A stretch of 6,816 bases of DNA from NCBI GenBank assembly GCA_051294375.1, contig JBJCIZ010000437.1:6732-13547 (forward strand), given 5' to 3'. Below are positions 1 through 6,816 of this stretch, piece after piece (position 1 is the stretch's first letter; the number at the start of each line of letters is the position of its first letter). Source of the DNA: Paraspadella gotoi. Lineage: Eukaryota > Animalia > Chaetognatha. The translations under genes were made by a program, and so were the position numbers. A model generated the notes under the pieces. It was not told where the DNA came from, made no database searches, and worked only from the letters and a program-made list of their open reading frames with translations.

Positions 1-2
1 TG

Positions 3-501
3 CTCTTAAATGCCACACCTATTGTCGGATGGAAAACCGATATGTCGCCGTATGAAATCCAGTTTGNNNNNNNNNNCAGGATTGTTGAGAGTGCTGATGA
101 CTATACAAAAAGAAACCTCATTGACTTTATCCGACAAAGAGCAGNNNNNNNNNNNNNNNNNNNNNNNNNNNNNNNNNNNNNNNNNNNNNNNNNNNNNNNN
201 NNNNNNNNNNNNNNNNNNNNNNNNNNNNNNNNNNNNNNNNNNNNNNNNNNNNNNNNNNNNNNNNNNNNNNNNNNNNNNNNNNNNNNNNNNNNNNNNNNNN
301 NNNNNNNNNNNNNNNNNNNNNNNNNNNNNNNNNNNNNNNNNNNNNNNNNNNNNNNNNNNNNNNNNNNNNNNNNNNNNNNNNNNNNNNNNNNNNNNNNNNN
401 NNNNNNNNNNNNNNNNNNNNNNNNNNNNNNNNNNNNNNNNNNNNNNNNNNNNNNNNNNNNNNAGAATGGTAGAAATATTTGTAAATAGACTCCCAAATTA
501 G
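3..501 (+). CDS. Partial retroviral-type (rve) integrase/transposase, C-terminal part; 5' end outside window, mostly hidden by gaps, possibly a pseudogene
   Basis: The frame from nt 3 reads LLNATPIVGWKTDMSPYEIQF(G?), matching the N-x-T-P...S-P-(F/Y)-E-x-x-F-G motif that ends the catalytic core of Ty3/gypsy-like integrases. After the large gap, RMVEIFVNRL (463-492) resembles the VHxNRLK strand ending the GPY/F domain, about 145 codons later, a plausible distance. The post-gap piece is in a different nominal frame, and the gap length is only an estimate. DDE residues are not visible. Confidence 0.6.
67..76. other. Assembly gap or masked run (10 N)
   Basis: Directly visible N run. Confidence 0.99.
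145..462. other. Assembly gap or masked run (318 N)
   Basis: Directly visible N run. The four ORF-track entries spanning it owe their length to N translation. Confidence 0.99.
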
Positions 502-633
502 TTGTAAAACAGAACTTAAGAATAAGTGTGTAATTAAAACAAAAGAATACAAAAGAACAAAAAAATCTAAGAAATAACTACAACAGCCAAAAAAAATAGA
601 AAATTAAAAAAAATTTAAAAAATCAGAAGTTAA

Positions 634-1200
634 AAAAAGGATGAGTCAAAACAAAATGGATTAAACCACAAGAAACAACAAAAACAACAACAAGATAAGG
701 AAAATAGAAAAGGAAATAAGCCTCTCCCCCTTCTTCAGAATTGTCAAGATTTGGTCAACATTGAAAAAAAAAAGACAGTGACGAAATAAGCCACAACCGT
801 TTCAGAATCTCTCACGAAACAACAACAACAATTACAATGGCTACAGAAATTTACTCCGGCTACCGACTGACCACGTACGCCGTCGTCTGAGTCTCCGCTG
901 AGTCCTGCAGGCGGGCAGGGTACGCATCTTCCACCAGATGTGACTATAAAACCGAAACCAGAGTACCGAAGACGAAAAGGATCCTAAGGTAAGAGAGATT
1001 CCGGCTAAGAGAAGAAGATTCGGCGAAGTTGATTTCGAATTGGGGATTTTGTGAAGCAAAAATCCAGAAAAAGGAACAATCCTACGTTTCCGGTAGAGGA
1101 AAAGTCCAATCTGGTTCTCCATCCTAATAAGAGGAGTGGTAAGAGGAGGGATCTGGCAAACGAGGATAACTGGCTTCGTCCACCTCTGCCCATGTTATAA
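634..1200 (+). pseudogene. Disrupted low-complexity, probably disordered coding tail (K/Q-rich, SP/TP-rich, NLS-like), possibly the integrase C-terminal extension
   Basis: One frame from 634 to 987 reads KKDESKQNGLNHKKQQKQQQDKENRKGNKPLPLLQNCQDLVNIEKKKTVTK*ATTVSESLTKQQQQLQWLQKFTPATD*PRTPSSESPLSPAGGQGTHLPPDVTIKPKPEY..., with only two internal stops (787, 868). A shifted frame from 962 gives STEDEKDPKVREIPAKRRRFGEVDFELG. The original frame then resumes GDFVKQKSRKRNNPTFPVEEKSNLVLHPNKRSGKRRDLANEDNWLRPPLPML* (TAA 1198-1200), followed by T-rich UTR-like sequence. Confidence 0.55.
676..831 (+). repeat. Two short (CAA)n tracts (676-693 interrupted; 820-831), read as poly-Gln in the relic frame
   Basis: caacaaaaacaacaacaa and caacaacaacaa, both in the frame of the 634-987 relic. 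Confidence 0.7.
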
Positions 1201-1604
1201 AACTAGCCTTCTGCTTCTCTTTGCTTTTTTTGATTCACTCTGGGTGTACTGTAAACAAAATCTCACATTGTCTTCATGTCTTCCATCATTTCTGGCAAAT
1301 TCAAAAAAATTCCTGAAACTTTAAGTTTCAGAGGTTGGGATAAAAAATGGCTACTGGTCTACTTATACTTAAATGTTGATTATTATATATTAAGTATCAT
1401 TACTCTGTATATTTGTTGAATTAAATTATTAATCATCAATATTATCAAATAGTTTATGCAACATGCTCTATCTCTCTGTATCTCGTATTCTGCACCCTCT
1501 CTTCACTCTACTCTTTTTCACCATTTTTTACTGGATATTTTCTTTTACTACATAGTCTTTTTTTTTAAAAGCCCATAGATATTTTTTTATTGATTGTTAG
1601 TCAG

Positions 1605-1892
1605 TCAGCAAGTGCCGGTTTTCATTTTACCATTCCTTAGTTTCACATGCGTTTTAATTTTTCTCTGTCCCATAGATTTTTCAAAAAATAAAAGGAACTT
1701 TTGTATTACTATCGACCAATTTTTTCTAATTCACTCCTTTCTATCGATTTTTACTCTCATTGGGGTAGCACGAATACTTGAAATATATTTGGTAGAAACC
1801 TGCACAGACACGACTGACAGCAAGCCTACTTATTTAAATATCTGTGATTCGTCAACAAACGCTCTGACTTTACTTTTGAGCCCACGCGAGAA
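1605..1892 (-). pseudogene. Degraded reading frame with spacing similar to an integrase zinc-binding region plus the start of the catalytic core
   Basis: Minus frame reads FSRGLKSKVRAFVDESQIFK*VGLLSVVSVQVSTKYISSIRATPMRVKIDRKE*IRKNWSIVIQKFLLFFEKSMGQRKIKTHVKLRNGKMKTGTC*. Spacing fits W-x-G-(M/L)-x3-V-x2-(F/Y)-V-x2-C-x2-C followed by P..RVxID, but W, C and C are replaced by S, S and F. Confidence 0.3.
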
Positions 1893-1968
1893 AGAAAAGA
1901 AAAAAAAATAGAAAAGGTAAGAAAAGGAAAACAAGAAAAAAACGTGCCTCAGAAATTCTTGTCGATAG

Positions 1969-2597
1969 AAAGAGATAGAAATATTACTCATCAAAAGTGG
2001 TAAAATTTCGGTAGTATATAAATGTCAGACACAGACAGCGGAAAATCTTCCTAGAAAATTAAAGGTGGAAAATGATTAGGAAAAGGTCGATACGAAGAGA
2101 GGACACAGGAGACGAATTTCAGAGAAGGGTAGAAGGTTTAGACGATATGACGTTTCAGAGGACGAAGAGGTGGTGGATGCAAGAGCAATTAATGTGGAGA
2201 GAACAGATGAGTCAGAGAGAGCGTAGGGAATCAGGATAGGCAATATAGAGAATAAGTTGATTACAGAGAGTTCGAGTGGGAGAGAACGAGCAGGTAATTG
2301 AGAGTTAGGTATCTTGATCTATGTAGGATCGAGCAATTGAGACGCCAGATTACCCCACCTATTTTTTTCTCTTTTGAATCAGGAGGGTGTGTGTTTATTG
2401 CTGATGAGACGGTTAAGCACTTTCCGAGAAGAACGTTGGTGACGCAGAGAATTTTAATTTTAGCCTTGCTCGTTATTCTTGGTCGAATAGAGAGAGAGGG
2501 ATATATGAAAGTAGAGTGGATCGTGATTTTTAGAGAGATTGTAGATGAAATGAAAGTATTATATGATTACTGTCTCAGAATCTATAAAAAACTCTAA
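1969..2597 (+). pseudogene. Disrupted ORF of unknown function (charged N-terminal part, more hydrophobic C-terminal part)
   Basis: Frame 1969-2301 runs about 110 codons with two internal TAG (2077, 2224): ...KLKVEND*EKVDTKRGHRRRISEKGRRFRRYDVSEDEEVVDARAINVERTDESERA*GIRIGNIENKL.... It abuts, in a shifted frame, the open 99-aa ORF 2298-2597, which has no ATG start. The strand is purine-rich. No family recognised. Confidence 0.35.
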
Positions 2598-2672
2598 AAA
2601 CCTAGAACCATAAAAATAAAAACGTGGAAAGTAATAAATTCGACTGCTGAAGTACTGGTTTGTTGTTACAGT

Positions 2673-2970
2673 ATGAACACGCAGTAAGATACGTTCACCC
2701 CTTTCCCCCCTGCCTGTGCGACAAAAAATAAACCTAGTCTGCTAATCTCACCTACTAGTAAGTGTCCCTCCATGTAAAAATATTGCCTTTGGTTTTCACA
2801 TCTATTACAGTCGGACTCTGCTTGATCAGCAACTGATGTCCCGACTCTATAACTCAATACCTTTTTTATAACTCACTTTTTTCATGGTCCGTCTCAGGGA
2901 CTGTCCATCCCTCGATTATTGTCGGGCACACACTTATATCATGTCAGAACCATCGAATTTATGATAAATT
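2673..2970 (-). ncRNA. Candidate structured RNA or structured element end; family not recognised
   Basis: Near-contiguous stems found by hand at 2673-2698, 2749-2764, 2772-2801, 2804-2853, 2884-2953 (multibranch) and 2956-2970. Imperfect pairs are mostly G-U when read on the minus strand. Confidence 0.3.
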
Positions 2971-3004
2971 ATGTCAAAAAAAAGTGGTCTATTGGGTTTT
3001 TTTA

Positions 3005-3125
3005 CCGTTTTCCGGGGTCCCCGACTGTTCCGCGTCCGTTCCCTCTCGTTCTCGATCCGGTGCCGTCCGTTCCGTGCACTTCCCTCCTCCGTCCAACCCG
3101 GGTCTGCCTCTTCGTCACGAGTTTG
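3005..3125. other. GC/CpG-rich, A-poor island with short direct repeats and palindromes
   Basis: CGTCCGTTCC at 3033-3042 and 3064-3073; CGGGG-T-CCCCG at 3013-3023; ACCCGGGT at 3096-3103; TCGT-C-ACGA at 3112-3120. Sharp compositional contrast with the flanks. Confidence 0.6.
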
Positions 3126-3177
3126 CTTCCACTAAAATATTAAGCCAAAAAAATATACACCAATAACTCTGTAGTGA

Positions 3178-3549
3178 ATGGAATCTAATTCGGAATTTTT
3201 AAATTGAAATAATTTTCGATTAATTAATACTGATTCAATGTGTAGTGTGATAAGGGTAAGTATAACTTGTTATTGTGTATGTGTATCTTCTCTGGAGGGA
3301 CCCCTGCAAAATACAGATATTATTAAGTTATCCGATGGGAATCGTCGCGAGTGGAAATGATATGCGGGGTGTTTGTTTGTTAAAATGGAATAAAAAAAAA
3401 CTAAAAAAAAATATTCACCATATTTCGAAAAACCACCAAATTGCTTCAGTATGATGGATGCGGCACTTACTGTATTGTTTGACCTGAAATTTATATGTAT
3501 TGTGTTAATACGGTTACGTGGAAAGTTGTTAGAATTTCAAATTTTGTGA
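3178..3549 (+). pseudogene. Possible decayed ORF of unknown function
   Basis: ATG at 3178 opens MESNSEFLN*NNFRLINTDSMCSVIRVSITCYCVCVSSLEGPLQNTDIIKLSDGNRREWK*YAGCLFVKME*KKTKKKYSPYFEKPPNCF..., with three internal stops (3205, 3358, 3391) in 124 codons of very AT-rich DNA. No family recognised. Confidence 0.3.
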
Positions 3550-4291
3550 TTATACACAGTATGAGGATCATGTGCTTAATTCTGTTATGGTTTCGAAATA
3601 TTTTGTGAGTTCGGGAAATTGTTACGTTTTACACAGTTGAAAAAAAAATACAAAAACAAAAAACCCTTGTTCTTTGGGCTATTTACTCAAATTGATTATG
3701 CTTACTTTTTTCCTTTTTATTAAGATAAATTGTATCCTGCGCATAGCATAAAACTTGTATTATGTATAACTATGAAAATCAGCATGAATGATAAAATTTA
3801 ATTCAGCTTTAATAATATCAAAGAGTAGGTTAGTAAAAATACAATAACATTGTTTAATCAATAAATTACCACATTTAACTATATCTCCTTTATTTAGTCC
3901 AAGAGTTATTTACAATATCCGTCCAAAATTAAAATATGCCCCCTTTAAATATTAATTTATCCGCGTACGACCCATCTTTAGCAAATTAATGAGCTCCAAT
4001 AACTCGGACTCGGCGCACGACATAGGTTTGATGTATTGGAATTATTTAAAATTTGGTGAATTCTGTGTGTTTGTAGGAAAGTGTTGTGTGTGATAAAGCT
4101 GGATTATTATAAAAAATTTTTCCGAATGGAATGTTCCTGTTTGGAGTTGGAAATTAGTTTAAATTAGGAAAAAAAAAACATATCATAGTCGTAAGTTTAC
4201 TATAAATTCTACTTATTTTTAGTAACCACACATTAAATGTACATCCAATGTTTATCATCAATTGGATGTATATGCGCAAAATGATATATAG

Positions 4292-4765
4292 GATGTACGT
4301 ACTTTGTACTATTTGTGTGGGTTTTTTACGCTTATTGTCCTAATTTTAATTTTTATCAATGGAAGTATTTTTAATTGTGATTTATGTAAGCTGAGGTGAA
4401 ATGAAGGAATCAGGGACAAACGTGTCTCTGATTAATATATGTCAGAAAAGACTTTGAGTATTAGTTATTTTGAGTTCTATAGTGTTTGTGTTTGTAAACA
4501 AAAAACTTACCAGTAAGGTAATCATGTCGAGTTTCAAATGAGAAATATAAAAACTAAATTAATTAGTGAGTTTCAACATTACTCTGAAGATCGTTTTTTT
4601 ATTTATTTTAACCCATTACTTATTATGTTTTATCCGCGAAAACTGGAAGATGTACGATAGTATTATGTATTTATTTGTTTTCGACATCTTTTTAAAATCA
4701 CTGTCTGTTTAAATGAGGATGATAGGGACGAGAAGAGAGTACGAATTGTGTTTCGCCGAGATTAA
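4292..4765 (+). pseudogene. Possible decayed ORF of unknown function
   Basis: 158 codons in one frame with four internal stops (4397, 4433, 4514, 4658), apparently fewer than such AT-rich DNA should give. In-frame repeat GAGTTTCAA (EFQ) at 4529 and 4568. Confidence 0.3.
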
Positions 4766-4900
4766 GAACACTACGTATTGTTATTTTAAAAGAAAATAAA
4801 TAGCTTCGTTACATATTAATAGCAAAAAGTAAAACACAAAGGAGACAGACCAAAGAATGTACCGTTGATGTAAAAGATAGCATATGAGAATTGTTAATTT

Positions 4901-5013
4901 TCTCTCTTGTACTTTCACTCTCTCTCGTGCTCTCTTCCTCCTCTCTCTTCGTGCTCTCTCTCTTGTACTCTATCTCTACTCTCTCTCTCTCTCCTCTGCT
5001 GCGACTCTCTCTC
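4901..5013. repeat. Degenerate (CT)n/(GA)n polypyrimidine tract with internal duplications
   Basis: TCTCTCTTGTACT at 4901-4913 and 4957-4969; TCGTGCTCTCT at 4925-4935 and 4949-4959; a pure CT run near 4979-4993. Confidence 0.85.
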
Positions 5014-5055
5014 GGCTGCTGCAATATATGTGTGAGTATTTTCGATGTGAACTAA

Positions 5056-5882
5056 ATTCTTAAGACTTATATTGTTAGAGAAGGAAAAAGGGAGAGCACG
5101 AGCGGGCACTCTTTTTTCAGATACCTCCATAGCGAGGGACGGTGTGTGTATGATGATGAACGATCCGGCGAGATATTTGGACAAATTATTCAGCTCAATT
5201 GAATGAAAAGAGAGCTTCATTTCATACCAAATATAACATTTTTGAAATACAACGAATTTTCCAAGCGTGGGGTGAAGTTATATATAGCTTTGTACCTCCA
5301 TCCTGACGGACTGCGAGGGGCGCCCTCCCCTTCACCCCCCCAGCTTATTTTCAAATTAAACGAACACGATATAATGAAAATAAGAAGCCATATAACAACT
5401 AACGGTGAAGACATAAAAATACATTTACAGGCTTTGGCCGGCAACACGGTTTCCCAGAACGGAAGGACCGAGCTTCAGTTCCTCGGGCGACGAATTGGCT
5501 CATGCCTGATATGACGACAAATTATCGGTTCTTCTGGAGCTGTTGACGTGGTGAAGAAGACTCGAAACGTCACTGAGTCGCATTGAGTACCGAGAAGAAA
5601 TTCAATCTTTTGGGGAAGCACAGAGATCAGAAAGGACTATTTCTTATAGTTACGCATCCCCGCACGTTGAGGATGGTTATTAATAAATTGAAAAGATAGG
5701 TTGATGAAAGGTTTAGATCTCGACTGGTGAAATCTTCGGTCGAAATGAGTAAGATTATTGGAATGCTTAGAATAGGAATTGAATTATTGGAATTCGGATG
5801 AGACGTAAATACAGAGAATTTATTGATTGGCAGAGACCGGATGATAGTCATTCAACGTGCCCTGCGTAGGCGACAGACGTGA
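5056..5882 (+). pseudogene. Disrupted ORF of unknown function (~275 codons, includes the 103-aa ORF 5203-5514)
   Basis: Frame 5056-5649 has three internal stops, all TGA (5200, 5512, 5584), and an in-frame repeat YLHSEG/YLHPDG across the first stop. A shifted frame 5577-5882 reads VALSTEKKFNLLGKHRDQKGLFLIVTHPRTLRMVINKLKR*VDERFRSRLVKSSVEMSKIIGMLRIGIELLEFG*DVNTENLLIGRDRMIVIQRALRRRQT*. Confidence 0.45.
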
Positions 5883-6153
5883 GTGATGCCGGCGACAGAC
5901 GAAAGCGAGGGACGATCGTTCGACGGATGCGAAAGAACGATGAAGAACATGAGGACGGACTGTATGCCGCTTCATCCAGCGCAAAAAATCTCAAATCTCG
6001 TCAGCAATCGCATTATCACGGCAATAATCATAACAACAAAAAAGTCGATGAACATATGAAAAATGTTTGACAGAGTTTAGGAGAAAAGGTGAGGAAGAAG
6101 AGAAAATAATGAGTCTGATCATGTATATCGACGCGATTTGAATTGATTGACAG

Positions 6154-6276
6154 CTCTCTTCGCCCTCCATCTGCTATTCCTCGTCCTTCTCTCCTCTCAC
6201 CGTCGTCATCGTCTCCCTTCTTCCCCTCTCTCCTTCTTATGCTACCCTCTGTGCATCTCTCTCGTCATCTCCTTCC
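6154..6276. repeat. Pyrimidine-rich low-complexity tract (purine-rich on minus strand)
   Basis: Mostly C/T on the + strand with recurring CTCTC and TCGTC units; no clean period. Confidence 0.6.
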
Positions 6277-6485
6277 AATCCAGATATAAATATCCATAGA
6301 AATGTACCCTCCGTCTTCATGACTATCTTCCTCCTATCCGATCCTCAATCGCGAATCTCTTTGAAGTTAACTTTTGTGTCTCTATATCTTTTACCTCCAA
6401 GAGGAGCCCGGAGTATTTCATAGATGAGTAATAATTCAAATGCACATAAATGCCTACCAAATAGAACCTATAAATTAAAAATACA

Positions 6486-6582
6486 TTTTCATGCTCCGGC
6501 CTTCTCAATCCGAGCTCTCGGCCCGTCGGCGGCGGCATGAAAAGATATGGAGTTTTTTCATTGAAAAAAACGCGGGCCCGCG
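6486..6582. repeat. Cluster of three adjacent inverted repeats/palindromes
   Basis: TTTTCATGC (6486-6494) / GCATGAAAA (6535-6543) enclosing CCGAG/CTCGG (6510-6521); TTTTTTCA-T-TGAAAAAA (6553-6569); perfect palindrome CGCGGGCCCGCG (6571-6582). Confidence 0.75.
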
Positions 6583-6816
6583 CATAAATGGCAATAATAA
6601 AAAGTTTTTAGAAGGAAAAAAAATAATCCAGAGAGTTTTCTCAAGGAACAAAGAACGTATAGAAACAAAACCGAGCGATCACGCAGCGAAAAGAGGGAAT
6701 CTAATTTAACTCGATGCACCGGTTCGGGACAGATAGGGACGACACACAGAGAGACGACAGAGAAGACGCAGAGGGAGAGATGTAATAGTGAGGAAAAAAA
6801 GAAGAGGGTAGATCGA

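Noticed and set aside
94-116. Hammerhead-like CTGATGA...GAAAC (also CTGATGAG at 2401)
   Set aside because: No stem II pairing or NUH site with stems I/III; the first lies in the integrase frame and the second lacks GAAA.
1097-1210. GAGGAAAAGTCC and a later GGCTT resembling RNase P/MRP P4 motifs
   Set aside because: Extra A, spacing too short, no closing helices; the region reads better as coding (VEEKSN).
1594-1911. 105-aa hydrophobic + strand ORF
   Set aside because: TTG start, T-rich composition and an end in an A tract; probably an antisense shadow of the minus-strand relic.
1737-1972. 11-bp inverted repeat CTTTCTATCGA / TCGATAGAAAG
   Set aside because: Extends only with large gaps, no target-site duplication seen, and compatible with chance.
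2022-2054. SDTDSGKS as a Walker A motif
   Set aside because: Lacks the first Gly, is followed by a stop two codons later, and there is no Walker B.
2696-2711. Minus-strand AGGGGGGAAAGGGG followed by TG, as an LTR polypurine tract
   Set aside because: No second LTR copy or pol sequence upstream on that strand within the window; cannot be supported, though not excluded.
2734-2801. Helitron-like 3' end (hairpin then CTAG) on the minus strand
   Set aside because: One candidate CTAG is followed by G rather than T, the other follows an AT-rich hairpin; no Rep/helicase evidence.
4503-4520. AAACTTACCAG resembling the U1 snRNA 5' end or a minus-strand GTAAGT donor
   Set aside because: No U1 loops or Sm site downstream, and no exon model could be built; isolated GTAAG motifs are expected in AT-rich DNA.
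4809-5220. E/R-rich minus-strand ORFs 4809-5024 and 4915-5220
   Set aside because: Openness is explained by the GA microsatellite and by being antisense to the + strand relic.
5627-5851. ITILNVRG in a minus-strand ORF, resembling the LINE APE endonuclease motif NVRGL
   Set aside because: A stop follows ten codons later with no QET or GDFN motif seen; the I/S/N/L-rich composition is typical of an antisense shadow.
5879-6709. Short ORFs 5879-6070, 6323-6538 and 6491-6709, and the shared GGCAATAAT (6021, 6590)
   Set aside because: Short, compositionally biased and with no recognisable motif; the similarity does not extend convincingly.

Overview
AT-rich, eukaryote-like (protist-style) scaffold segment with two N gaps (67-76, 145-462). 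I see no intact gene I can name and no rRNA, tRNA or CRISPR array. The best-supported element is the C-terminal part of a retroviral-type (rve, Ty3/gypsy-Ginger-Polinton class) integrase at the left edge, followed by a disrupted K/Q/SP-rich tail with an NLS-like motif ending at 1200. Much of the rest reads as intronless-looking reading frames broken by scattered stops and frameshifts (1605-1892 minus; 1969-2597, 3178-3549, 4292-4765 and 5056-5882 plus). The minus-strand one has the residue spacing of a second integrase N-terminus. The simplest reading is a decayed mobile-element or endogenous-virus region. Between the relics are a ~300-nt run of hairpins that folds preferentially on the minus strand (2673-2970), an adjacent GC island, and smaller inverted-repeat clusters (5263-5346, 6486-6582). 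All calls come from manual reading; no searches or folding programs were run.
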